A DNA stretch of 54,926 nt, taken from NCBI GenBank assembly GCA_016187405.1, contig JACPJS010000006.1, positions 1-54,926 on the forward strand, written 5' to 3'. Positions 19,087-27,887 of the stretch are shown one piece after another (the first letter of the stretch is position 1; every line of letters starts with the position of its first letter). This stretch comes from Candidatus Aenigmatarchaeota archaeon (lineage in GTDB: Archaea > Aenigmatarchaeota > Aenigmatarchaeia > CG10238-14 > SCSR01). The notes beneath the pieces are model-generated. The model made no database searches. It was not told the DNA's origin and saw only the letters and a list, made by a program, of their open reading frames with translations. A program made the translations under genes and the position numbers.

Positions 19087-20316
19087 ATGAAAACTGATAA
19101 ATTCGCGGCTCTCAGATACAGGGATTTCAAGATTCTGTGGATTGCACTTTTCATTTCCAATATAGGATCTCAAATGCAGTTCACTGCAATTAATTGGCAC
19201 ATCTTCATTCTGACAAACTCTGCACTTGCATTAGGTTTGATAGGACTTTCGAGATTTGTTCCTATAGCAATCTTTTCTTTAATCGGCGGTGCCGTTGCAG
19301 ATTCGCATAATAGAAAGAAGATAATTCTTGTAACCCAAACTTCTCTTACCATACTTTCAATTTTTCTTAGCATCTCGACATTGGACAATACTATCACACC
19401 ATTTTTGATATATGTAATCAGCGCACTTTCTGCGGTCGCTCTTGCATTTGACGCGCCACCACGTCAAGCATTGATACCTACACTTGTCCGTAAAAATCAT
19501 TTGGCGAATGCAATCAGCCTGAATGTTATTATGTATCAAACATCGATGGTTCTCGGACCGGCACTTGCTGGTATTATGATCAAACAAGTCGGTGTAGGAA
19601 TTATTTATCTGATTAATGCCGTTTCATTCTTGGCGGTAATTGCAGCCCTTCTGTTGATGAAAACATCTGGTGAAATTGATAATCCATCGTCAAAAGTCTC
19701 GTTAAAATCAATTTTTGACGGAATCAAATTTGTGAAATCAAGGAAGATTATATGGTCGGCGATGATCCTTGATTTCTTCAGCACATTCTTCGCTTCTGCG
19801 ACTGCGTTGACACCTATATTCGCTGAAAAGATTCTTCGTGTAGGTTCGGTAGGATTCGGATTTCTTTATGCAGCTCCGTCAATCGGTGCGATGATATCAG
19901 GATATGTTCTTGCACAGATGGGAAAAATTAAAAATCAGGGTAAATTGTTATTCGCTGCAATTTCTATATACGGCATATCAACAATAGTATTCGGATTTTC
20001 AACAATATTTCCTCTTTCATTCTTAGCGCTTTTATTTATCGGAGTCGGCGATGGAATAAGTACGATAATAAGAAATGTAATCCGTCAAGTGAATACACCA
20101 AATCGTATCAGAGGTCGCATGTCCTCAGTGAATATGATATTTACCGTTGGAGGGCCACAACTAGGTGAATTCGAAGCTGGAGTTGTCGCACAATTGGTTG
20201 GCGCACCATTATCAGTTGCCTTGGGTGGAGTAGGAACGTTAGCAGTCGTAGGAGCAGTTGCATTCCTAGTACCTGCTCTGAGAAATTATCGTGGAAACAA
20301 AATTCTTAAGGAATAA
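19087..20316 (+). CDS. MFS transporter
   Basis: 409 aa, about 12 TM. N-terminal FRDFKILWIALFISNIGSQM resembles the enterobactin-exporter-like MFS subgroup. Confidence 0.8.
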   Translation: MKTDKFAALRYRDFKILWIALFISNIGSQMQFTAINWHIFILTNSALALGLIGLSRFVPIAIFSLIGGAVADSHNRKKIILVTQTSLTILSIFLSISTLDNTITPFLIYVISALSAVALAFDAPPRQALIPTLVRKNHLANAISLNVIMYQTSMVLGPALAGIMIKQVGVGIIYLINAVSFLAVIAALLLMKTSGEIDNPSSKVSLKSIFDGIKFVKSRKIIWSAMILDFFSTFFASATALTPIFAEKILRVGSVGFGFLYAAPSIGAMISGYVLAQMGKIKNQGKLLFAAISIYGISTIVFGFSTIFPLSFLALLFIGVGDGISTIIRNVIRQVNTPNRIRGRMSSVNMIFTVGGPQLGEFEAGVVAQLVGAPLSVALGGVGTLAVVGAVAFLVPALRNYRGNKILKE

Positions 20317-20359
20317 TTATTCCAACTTTAATTTAAAGGTTAATTTTCAACTCCTAACA

Positions 20360-20797
20360 ATGAGCATTCACAATGATAGAATAGATATTTTATACAATTT
20401 TCCCGAATATGGTTCGCTTCCAGTTACTGAAGAAAGCGTTAATTCAAGATCTGAGTGGTTATCAGAAAGATTACAAAGAGAAGTTAAAATCAAACTTTTA
20501 AGAGATCAAGCAGAATTTTTCCATGAGCTTAGCACTAATCCCTATCAGGTTGTAATCATGCATATGGGTGGAGGTAGAATAAATGCATATGATTTAGCTA
20601 AAAGATGCAGAGGCGTTACAGGTGCTTTTTTGGTAGTAGAATCTGTAATTTACGGACCTTATTGTGGATTATTTGGACCCGAATTAAACGACGGTGATGA
20701 AACAGATCCAGTAGCAAGAAAATATTTTGATGCGTATATGGGAGTACCTGACTATGAAGATTTTGAAAAATTGCTCAGAAAAATGGGATTAGGATAA
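20360..20797 (+). CDS. Hypothetical protein (orphan)
   Basis: ATG at 20360 (the longer track ORF overlaps the MFS gene). No family recognised. Confidence 0.5.
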   Translation: MSIHNDRIDILYNFPEYGSLPVTEESVNSRSEWLSERLQREVKIKLLRDQAEFFHELSTNPYQVVIMHMGGGRINAYDLAKRCRGVTGAFLVVESVIYGPYCGLFGPELNDGDETDPVARKYFDAYMGVPDYEDFEKLLRKMGLG

Positions 20798-21475
20798 TTA
20801 TTCTAATTTCAGACTATCAATAATCCTCTGCATTTCAGGTGCGGTTGTTCCATCACCTATCAAAGTTCCATACGAGTTTGTTATAATTCCAGCACCAACA
20901 AAAGGCGAACCGAAATTCACAGTTCCGATATCCGCATCGACTTTCAAAATTTCCTGAATATTTTCTATTTCCTTTTCAGAAGAATCCCTGTGCAATAAGC
21001 ATCCATTGTTAGTCGCACTACCCGCCGATCCGACCACATCCACACCACCAAGTTTCATCTGAACAGCTTCGACACCGAGACAGTCGCTTATTTTTCTCAT
21101 CTGAGCTTTACTCAACAGTTTACTGACAACAGCTCCCTTGTCATTGCATAATATCAGATTTCCAATGGCAGTGAACCTTGAATCGATGATATCCAAATTA
21201 ACACCATAATCATCTGCAATCTTCTCAAAGTTTTTCAATTCATGGTCATTGACAAGTCCGGACAATAAAATACCATTCGAGTTCATCGTTGCAAACAACC
21301 CAATCAAATCTGTTCCCGCAATAAGACCTTTCTTTACATCGACCTTCAGATATTTCTCCAACTTCTTCTGGCTCTCTTCACTGATGAAATGCCCTACAAT
21401 GCAAAGTTTGTCAGAAGCCTTTCCATATAACCCTATATTCGGATCTCCGTGGAAATTCAGTCCTAGAAGATTCAT
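20798..21475 (-). CDS. eif6: Translation initiation factor 6
   Basis: MNLLGLNFHGDPNIGLYG start and five-fold pseudo-repeat text. ATG at 21475 lies 3 nt after the rpl31e stop (a GTG at 21481 is also possible). Confidence 0.9.
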   Translation of the reverse strand: MNLLGLNFHGDPNIGLYGKASDKLCIVGHFISEESQKKLEKYLKVDVKKGLIAGTDLIGLFATMNSNGILLSGLVNDHELKNFEKIADDYGVNLDIIDSRFTAIGNLILCNDKGAVVSKLLSKAQMRKISDCLGVEAVQMKLGGVDVVGSAGSATNNGCLLHRDSSEKEIENIQEILKVDADIGTVNFGSPFVGAGIITNSYGTLIGDGTTAPEMQRIIDSLKLE

Positions 21476-21477
21476 GG

Positions 21478-21705
21478 TCACTCAACGAGTTTTGCTGTAG
21501 TCTTCTTGTCGTCCTTGACGAGCTTTATCCTGAATTCGTGCTTTGTATCAGCGAAAATCTTCTCATTAAGCTTTGGATCTATCTTCAAATCAGGCGACTT
21601 CAACTTTTTTCTGATTATAGCAGTCACTTTCATCCTTCTTTTCCATCTCGGAACCTTTACCAGTTCCCTCTGTATGTTCATTCTGATTGTTTTTTCTTCA
21701 GCCAT
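21478..21705 (-). CDS. rpl31e: 50S ribosomal protein L31e
   Basis: 75 aa. VKVPRWKRRMKVTAIIRKKL...KIDPKLNEKIF pattern; upstream of eif6. Confidence 0.85.
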   Translation of the reverse strand: MAEEKTIRMNIQRELVKVPRWKRRMKVTAIIRKKLKSPDLKIDPKLNEKIFADTKHEFRIKLVKDDKKTTAKLVE

Positions 21706-21750
21706 AATCCTATATCAACCATCAAGTTTATAACATTCATTTCAAAACCT

Positions 21751-21760
21751 ATTTAAATTA
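21751..21760 (+). promoter_or_regulatory. Putative TATA box for the pilin-like pair B
   Basis: ATTTAAATTA centred about 25 nt upstream of the ATG at 21780. Confidence 0.35.
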
Positions 21761-21779
21761 CCCGCCACAAATCATATAA

Positions 21780-22190
21780 ATGAAAGGTATCTCTCCTTTG
21801 ATTGCAACAGTTCTGTTGATTGCATTGACAATCGGAATAGCAGGGATAGTAAGTATTTTCGCATCCAGTCTGACTACATCCGCGACAGGAGTAGCAAGCA
21901 ACCAAAGCACAGCAGTAACCAAATGTGCCGGGGCATGGATAAATGTATATAGCGCTCAGAGTAGTGTCGTAGTTTTTTCAAATCCAAACCCACAAACATT
22001 AACAGGTTTGACTCTGGTCGCAGCCGATGGTAAGACAGTTTCTGGTTCATCAAGTCTTGCACCTGGTGCAACATCCACCATATCTTGGACACAAGGGACT
22101 AACACAAGTGTCAAAGTTACAGGATTATGCCAGACTCTGGTTACTGTAGAAGGAAAATGTTCAGTTACTGACCAATGCTGGGGAACGTAA
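21780..22190 (+). CDS. Archaeal type IV pilin-like protein (class III signal peptide), paralog B1
   Basis: MKGISPLIATVLLIALTIGIAGIV N-terminus. Cys at 49, 117, 127, 133. Conserved TKCAGAWINVY and GLCQTLVTV. Confidence 0.75.
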   Translation: MKGISPLIATVLLIALTIGIAGIVSIFASSLTTSATGVASNQSTAVTKCAGAWINVYSAQSSVVVFSNPNPQTLTGLTLVAADGKTVSGSSSLAPGATSTISWTQGTNTSVKVTGLCQTLVTVEGKCSVTDQCWGT

Positions 22191-22649
22191 ATGAAAGGTA
22201 TATCACCGTTGGTAGCAACCGTTATTTTAGTAGCACTTGTAATCGGCATAGCAGGAATAGTCTCTCTTTTTGCATCAAATCTCGTATCGTCATCAACTGG
22301 TGTAACAAGCAACCAAAGCTCATCACTCACCAAATGTGCCGGATCTTGGATTAATGTATACAAGGTTACAAACTCTACAGTATTTTATTCAAATCCAAAC
22401 AACCAAGTCTTGACAGGTCTTACTCTGATATACGGTGACGGTAAACAAAGCGTCACTGTTCTTGATCCGAGTCTCAGTGTAGGTGAATACAATTACACAT
22501 CGTTGACAAGCAGTGGCGATGCTGGGATATTCGCAGGAGCTGCTGCAGGAAACACATCCATAACAGTCAGAGGTCTATGCCAGACTTTGGTTAGCGTTCA
22601 AGGAATTTGTAGACAAGGACAAGATTGTTGGCAGACAGCAACGGTCTAA
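22191..22649 (+). CDS. Archaeal type IV pilin-like protein (class III signal peptide), paralog B2
   Basis: MKGISPLVATVILVALVIGIAGIV N-terminus. Cys at 49, 130, 140, 146. ATG directly follows the B1 stop. Confidence 0.75.
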   Translation: MKGISPLVATVILVALVIGIAGIVSLFASNLVSSSTGVTSNQSSSLTKCAGSWINVYKVTNSTVFYSNPNNQVLTGLTLIYGDGKQSVTVLDPSLSVGEYNYTSLTSSGDAGIFAGAAAGNTSITVRGLCQTLVSVQGICRQGQDCWQTATV

Positions 22650-22810
22650 ACTTTAATCTGAGTTCTTCTCCATCTCTTGATTTTGGAAATGTTTATCCTT
22701 CTGCTTTTTGCACGTTTAGTCCCGAATTTTCTCATATCCGCCCATCTAGGAGCATTTCTAACACTGGTTATCTTAGCCAATTTTATTTTCTTCTTCACGC
22801 TATTGACCAT
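22646..22810 (-). CDS. rpl39e: L39e-like ribosomal protein (54 aa, not in the ORF track)
   Basis: Hand translation: MVNSVKKKIKLAKITSVRNAPRWADMRKFGTKRAKSRRINISKIKRWRRTQIKV. LAK...N.P.W...RWRRT pattern as in L39e. ATG immediately follows the rrp42 stop. Confidence 0.55.
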   Translation of the reverse strand: MVNSVKKKIKLAKITSVRNAPRWADMRKFGTKRAKSRRINISKIKRWRRTQIKV

Positions 22811-23572
22811 CTATCTCACCAGTTTTCTCAATTCTTTCGCTTTCCTCATCCCCAAATCAATAATACTATCTATCATGTCATATTCAATCCCAACATTTCC
22901 CTGTTTCTGAATCGCGCATATTATGTCATCATCGACGAAACCAAGTGCCATCTTTGAATCTACAATCCCTTCTTCGTCCAATGCAGGATCTACAAACAAC
23001 TTGTCCCCTGCTTTGCATACTGTGACACTAACAGGTTTCTTTACAACAGGCAACTTTCCTTCATGCTCGCCTGTGATAATTTTATTGTTCTCATCCAATT
23101 TTGGAAATCTCGTATTCAATAATGCTGTTATAGCTGCCAATGCCGCCGCATCCTGAAGATTTCCCTGATGATCCATAACGAAAATATCAATGAACACACT
23201 CCAGACCTTTTCACCAGGTATTATTGCAAGTTTGCTCATTTCAATGCAATGCGATTCTCTGATTCCCCTATCAACTATTCTTGCCAATTCTATCGCGTCT
23301 TCGCTTGGCGGACCTGATTCGAATTTAGGCGATGCCAATGGTGAGAATTCAGTGTTTACCATCAACACTCCTTCGTTTGGCGTGTCTGCGAACGGTGTAC
23401 CCACACCCATCTTAACACCTGCGATAACCTGCGTCTTTCCTATTCTGACATAAGCAGAACCTTCTGCCTTTTCTATATGATTAGGTTTTATCTCGATGTC
23501 TCTGAATTCATCGAATGCCCTGTTGTCCGCTCTTTTTCCATGTTTGATTAATTCTTCTGCGTATCCTATCAT
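22811..23572 (-). CDS. rrp42: Exosome complex component Rrp42 (RNase PH-like, inactive subunit)
   Basis: KRADNRAFDEFRDIEIK...AEGSAYVRIGKTQVIAGV; follows rrp41 with an ATGA overlap. Confidence 0.9.
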   Translation of the reverse strand: MIGYAEELIKHGKRADNRAFDEFRDIEIKPNHIEKAEGSAYVRIGKTQVIAGVKMGVGTPFADTPNEGVLMVNTEFSPLASPKFESGPPSEDAIELARIVDRGIRESHCIEMSKLAIIPGEKVWSVFIDIFVMDHQGNLQDAAALAAITALLNTRFPKLDENNKIITGEHEGKLPVVKKPVSVTVCKAGDKLFVDPALDEEGIVDSKMALGFVDDDIICAIQKQGNVGIEYDMIDSIIDLGMRKAKELRKLVR

Positions 23573-24303
23573 TGTTCCTCACCTTTGTATTTTTCGAGCA
23601 ATGCCATTTTTTGCATTTCGTAAATCTTTCCGCATGCGTCCTTTGCCGTGTTCAAAAGTTTCATGAATTCTTCCTTTGTCAACATCCCATCCATCTGCAA
23701 CAGTGTGATCAGGTTTTTATTTGGCATCATTGCAACTGCAACATCAGATTCTGAATTGTTGTCTTCCAATCCATTCAAGTCCAATATCAATGTATTGTTT
23801 ATTTTACCAACCGAACATGCAGCGACCAAATCCTTCATAGGTATTCCCGCATGCGCCAGTGCTAATGACAATGCATTTATTCCTGTAACTCTGGTGCTAC
23901 CATCAGCTTCAATCATTTCAATGAATCCATCAATCGTCGCCTTTGGAAAATCATCAAGTATGACAGCAGGTTCCAAAGATTTTCTGATGACCTTTGACAA
24001 CTCTGTGCTTCTTCTGTCTGGTCCAGGTGATTTTCTATCTGAAACAGAGAAAGGCAACATGTTGTATCTTACACGCAAGATTCCAGTTTGTGAATTCTGC
24101 AAGAACTTTGGAAATAATGATCTAGGACCTTGTACGCTTGCGATTGCTGTTGTGTGACCGAAACTTACGTATGCAGAACCACTCGCACTCGAAACAGTAC
24201 CGATTTCCATCTTTACGTCTCTCAACTGGTCAGTTAATCTTCCATCCATTCTTAATCCGTCAATTATCAATTCTTTGTTCAGATCTTTCGCCATTTTATT
24301 CAC
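23569..24303 (-). CDS. rrp41: Exosome complex exonuclease Rrp41 (RNase PH-like)
   Basis: DGLRMDGRLTDQLRDVKMEIG...SGSAYVSFGHTTAIASV. Confidence 0.9.
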   Translation of the reverse strand: MNKMAKDLNKELIIDGLRMDGRLTDQLRDVKMEIGTVSSASGSAYVSFGHTTAIASVQGPRSLFPKFLQNSQTGILRVRYNMLPFSVSDRKSPGPDRRSTELSKVIRKSLEPAVILDDFPKATIDGFIEMIEADGSTRVTGINALSLALAHAGIPMKDLVAACSVGKINNTLILDLNGLEDNNSESDVAVAMMPNKNLITLLQMDGMLTKEEFMKLLNTAKDACGKIYEMQKMALLEKYKGEEQ

Positions 24304-24955
24304 CCAACATTTTTTCTATCTTTTCTGTCAATCCAGTCATATGGGATTCCCTGTCGATTGTCAGGATTGCTTCGATTGCTTTTTGTTTGTCTTCTCCACG
24401 AATCCACACAAGACCATTCTGTCCTGTTACAATCTCGCACTTGGTTTTCTCTTTAATCATCATTATCATGCTTCCTTCCTTACCGATTATTCTTGGTATC
24501 TTTGAAGGAGTTACTTTGATAACTATTCCGCCTTTCAATTTTCGTGATTCGAAATCTCTCATTGACAATTGAACATTCTTGTTTCTAGTAACACGTGATA
24601 TCCTCCCGAATATAATGTCACCAATGTCAAAGTATCTTGTTATATCAGTTCTCTGCAAGTCAACAAACTCGTCAACAGCCTCTGCTATCGGTAAGAATGC
24701 TGAATAAGGAGAATTCATTTCAATGAACCAGCCTGATATCTCGACTTCGTCTATTGTGGCTATTACTCTGTCGCCCAGTTTTGGCAAGTATGTTCCTGAC
24801 AATGGTACTACGGACAATTCGTTTTCTGAAATCCTTGCGATTCCCAAAAATGTAGAATAAACCTTATCATTTTCCTCGTAAGTACCACTACCAAGTTTCC
24901 TTCCCCTTTTTTCATCCAGATATTCCCCTGGAATTACTATGGTTCTTGTTTTCAT
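24296..24955 (-). CDS. rrp4: Exosome RNA-binding subunit Rrp4 (S1 + KH)
   Basis: 219 aa. PGEYL start, S1-like GDRVIATIDEVEISGWFIEM, KH-like IPRIIGKEGSMI. Confidence 0.9.
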   Translation of the reverse strand: MKTRTIVIPGEYLDEKRGRKLGSGTYEENDKVYSTFLGIARISENELSVVPLSGTYLPKLGDRVIATIDEVEISGWFIEMNSPYSAFLPIAEAVDEFVDLQRTDITRYFDIGDIIFGRISRVTRNKNVQLSMRDFESRKLKGGIVIKVTPSKIPRIIGKEGSMIMMIKEKTKCEIVTGQNGLVWIRGEDKQKAIEAILTIDRESHMTGLTEKIEKMLGE

Positions 24956-25662
24956 GCGTCTTCACGTTTTATTACTTTGGATTCGAAATTTCCGTGTGTT
25001 AAATTAGACATCTTCTGTATAAATTCATCTAATGCACCGGCCAAAATCTGAATCTCAGCCTGCAATGATCCGTCTCCAAGCCATTGTTCACCCATCAGCT
25101 TACCACTTGCCTTTATCATGGAGAATGACTTTCCGGCGAACTGCGGCGGAATCTTCACTTGCACTACAACATTCTGAAATTTTATAGGTATAAATCTTTT
25201 TATTGACTCGACAACTCTGTCAAGCTGCGCTTCTGTGTCCATAAATGGATCGATGTTTATACCGCCCTGTTGCATCGCATTCAATATTCTCTGTTCAGGA
25301 TGAGGCGTGTTTGTCTGTGGGTTTATACCACGTCTAGATATAAGTGATGCGATCTGCGCCCTTTTCTGTTCCACCATCTCCCTTCTCTGCTCTGTCGTTA
25401 TCTGTATTTCCCCTTTCTTTAGAATCTCACCGGCGATTGCATTTGGGTTGGTCGTCCCGAAAGCTCTCTGTAGTTCACTGTCTGCTGCAGACTCGGATGC
25501 CTTTACATCCTTGTATATAACAGGATAGGCGAGAACGTCTTCGATAGCAACAGCTTTACCACTTTTCCAATCCGTAGCCTTGCTCGGATCAACAAGTATT
25601 TCGAACTTCTGACCTGATACCGTCAATCTACTTATAACGGCCTTTTCTATACTAACTGACAT
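24952..25662 (-). CDS. sdo1: SBDS-family ribosome maturation protein (Sdo1)
   Basis: AVISRLTVSGQKFEILVDP...VLAYPVIYKD typical SBDS N-domain; canonical position before rrp4. Confidence 0.9.
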   Translation of the reverse strand: MSVSIEKAVISRLTVSGQKFEILVDPSKATDWKSGKAVAIEDVLAYPVIYKDVKASESAADSELQRAFGTTNPNAIAGEILKKGEIQITTEQRREMVEQKRAQIASLISRRGINPQTNTPHPEQRILNAMQQGGINIDPFMDTEAQLDRVVESIKRFIPIKFQNVVVQVKIPPQFAGKSFSMIKASGKLMGEQWLGDGSLQAEIQILAGALDEFIQKMSNLTHGNFESKVIKREDA

Positions 25663-25691
25663 TTAATACACGACAAATTAATAACAACAAT

Positions 25692-26396
25692 CTACTTCAA
25701 GGACTTGATATAATCCTCGTTTACTTTCTTGAATCTTCCATCCTTTCTTATCACTGCAAGTTCTGTCAGGATATCTCTCTTTTCCTTGTCTGATTTTTCT
25801 GTCTTTTCAATTATGTCTAAAGCAATTTCCAAAGCTTCCTTTTCACTCAAGTTCTCTCTCCATTTCTGGTTCAATATCTTCGTTGCCAATACAGAACCCC
25901 TTCCTATCGCGCATGCTTTCCATTCAAACAATGTTCCTGAAGGATCCGATTCAATCAAGTGTATACCACTTTTGTCTATACCTCCAATCAATAATGATAC
26001 ACCGAATGGTCTGAGACCACCGTATTGTGTGATTAGCTGCATTCTGTTTCCAATCAACTTTCCAATGCTCCAAACGTCAATAGGTTCGTTATACGTTATC
26101 CTGTGAGTCTGTCCCTTGATTCTCGACATCTGCACAAGAACTCTAGCGTCAGCAATCAATCCCGCCGCGACTGTGGCCATGTGGTCGTCTATCTGGAATA
26201 TCTTTTCAGAATACTCAGAAACAACCAACTTTCCTGTTGGCTTTACTGTAGCGAAAACTAGACCATCCTTGAATGTTATTGCAACCGACGTGCTTCCTCT
26301 CTTGACTGCCTCCTTGGCATATTCTACCTGGAATAGCCTGCCATCTGGAGAGAATACCGATATAGTACGATCGTAACCCATGTATTCTGGCATCAT
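25692..26396 (-). CDS. psmA: Proteasome alpha subunit
   Basis: YDRTISVFSPDGRLFQVEYA signature. ATG at 26396 preferred over the GTG at 26414. Confidence 0.95.
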   Translation of the reverse strand: MMPEYMGYDRTISVFSPDGRLFQVEYAKEAVKRGSTSVAITFKDGLVFATVKPTGKLVVSEYSEKIFQIDDHMATVAAGLIADARVLVQMSRIKGQTHRITYNEPIDVWSIGKLIGNRMQLITQYGGLRPFGVSLLIGGIDKSGIHLIESDPSGTLFEWKACAIGRGSVLATKILNQKWRENLSEKEALEIALDIIEKTEKSDKEKRDILTELAVIRKDGRFKKVNEDYIKSLK

Positions 26397-26485
26397 GTCT
26401 GCGATAAAACTCACCTTTCAAGTAAAATTTTCTTTCTCGTATTTAAATTACTTTGGATTTAAGCTTTTTTATACATTTAACTTTC

Positions 26486-27037
26486 ATGACGAATGACGTA
26501 CAGCTAAGACTAGAAGATTTTGAAGCGATTCTTTATTATGTTGAAAGAAGGCAAGCAAGAAATTTTGCAACAGCATTACATAGAGAGCTAGGTATACCAA
26601 AAGAAGCTGGTGGTTATGTATCTGCAACTAAATTTGATAAACATGGTGAATCCGTTGGTTCGCCTAACACTAGACAAGTTAGAGATTTTTTCAGAGAACA
26701 ATGTATTGACGCCAAAGTTATTTGGGCCGACCCTCCATATGATGGTATTAGTATAGATGTGCGTCCGCCACTTGGACAAGACTCGGTACCAAAACTTCGA
26801 AGAGTGGTAGGTTCATATCCATTTAAAAGAACATCACAACTTGATATAAATTTCACGTATGTAATACCCAGAGAAATGGAATTAACAGCATACTTTGGAA
26901 GTACAGGTGTCAAGAGATATAGTGTTACTGGAGAAGTGACTTGTAGAAAAGGCAAATTGCCAGATTTTGTTACACAATTCGCAGATAAAAGATATCCTCT
27001 ATCTTTTGGATACGAATCTTTGAAGAGCTTAGAATAA
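26486..27037 (+). CDS. Hypothetical protein (orphan) containing a hydrophobic strand + DPPY motif
   Basis: ATG at 26486. AKVIWADPPYDG at about residue 90. No SAM-binding glycine loop seen. The antisense 175-aa ORF looks like a shadow. Confidence 0.5.
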   Translation: MTNDVQLRLEDFEAILYYVERRQARNFATALHRELGIPKEAGGYVSATKFDKHGESVGSPNTRQVRDFFREQCIDAKVIWADPPYDGISIDVRPPLGQDSVPKLRRVVGSYPFKRTSQLDINFTYVIPREMELTAYFGSTGVKRYSVTGEVTCRKGKLPDFVTQFADKRYPLSFGYESLKSLE

Positions 27038-27050
27038 ACTAATCTTCCAA

Positions 27051-27182
27051 TTAGTAAACTGACCCTCTCAAGAAAAAGTACCAAATCAATCCGTACACTA
27101 TGATGGCTGCGATTATGTACCAAATGAGGTATTTCTTCCAATTGCTTCCATAACCTTTAGCATAAGCTTGCTTTCTCGGCAT
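27051..27182 (-). CDS. Possible 43-aa single-TM micro-protein (not in the ORF track)
   Basis: Hand translation: MPRKQAYAKGYGSNWKKYLIWYIIAAIIVYGLIWYFFLRGSVY. Fills an otherwise empty 176-nt gap. Confidence 0.3.
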   Translation of the reverse strand: MPRKQAYAKGYGSNWKKYLIWYIIAAIIVYGLIWYFFLRGSVY

Positions 27183-27213
27183 AAAATTATTTGGGAATTG
27201 TTTAATAAAAAGA

Positions 27214-27561
27214 TTATAGCTTCAGACCTTTGATTGTACCAGATACTTTCATTATTTTGAAATTTATCCTACTCTCACCAATCCTAGAAATGAATCCCAA
27301 CCCAGCAATTATTTTCTCCACAGATTTGTTATTGCATCTTATCACACCGATTTGCTTATCCTGATCCCAAAGATTCTTCACCAACCAAACTGACAATTGC
27401 GATACACCGAACTCACCGTAGAATTCCAATAATGTGGACCATATGCCCGATTCCAAATCAGAATATTCTATAGGTTCTTCAGTGATTACTCTGAATGAGA
27501 TGTATCTTTCCTTCTCACGCAGTGTCGATGATAATATTTTCAATCTTTTTTCCTGTTTCAT
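27214..27561 (-). CDS. rnp2: RNase P protein component 2 (Pop5/Rpp14 family)
   Basis: MKQEKRLKILSSTLREKERYISFRV start as in archaeal Pop5. ATG at 27561 forms an ATGA overlap with the cupin stop. Confidence 0.75.
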   Translation of the reverse strand: MKQEKRLKILSSTLREKERYISFRVITEEPIEYSDLESGIWSTLLEFYGEFGVSQLSVWLVKNLWDQDKQIGVIRCNNKSVEKIIAGLGFISRIGESRINFKIMKVSGTIKGLKL

Positions 27562-27887
27562 TTTTTTCCAACTTTGTAATAATCTTCTTTTTTCCATGGT
27601 GGACGAGTTATTACCCACAATTCAATATTCCCTTTAACTGAATGTATAGTCTTTGGTGGTATTTTCAAAACGTCATATAGTCTAAGAATAATCTTTTTTC
27701 CATCTAGATTAGCTATGCCACTTCCCTTTGCGACAAGATACCATTCGGTTGTTTTTTTATGAAAATGAGGTTCTGATTCTCTGATTGATGCTAATGTTAT
27801 ACCAACTGGTCCACGGATTCCAGACTCATAGATTGTTTCATGTGGTAGATTTACTTTTCCCCCTTTACGAATATTTATTTTATTCAT
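27558..27887 (-). CDS. Cupin-domain protein
   Basis: Cupin motif 1 HFHKKTTEWYLVAKG (HxH..E......G) and motif 2-like IPPKTIHSVKGN. ATG at 27887 forms an ATGA overlap with the hydrolase stop. Confidence 0.75.
   Translation of the reverse strand: MNKINIRKGGKVNLPHETIYESGIRGPVGITLASIRESEPHFHKKTTEWYLVAKGSGIANLDGKKIILRLYDVLKIPPKTIHSVKGNIELWVITRPPWKKEDYYKVGKK

Noticed and set aside
26614-27141. 175-aa minus-strand ORF covering the psmA-Pop5 gap
   Set aside because: It is antisense to the 26486-27037 ORF, and its translation is Ser/Leu/Thr-rich with no structure-like pattern. The + strand product reads like a real protein. Treated as a shadow ORF.
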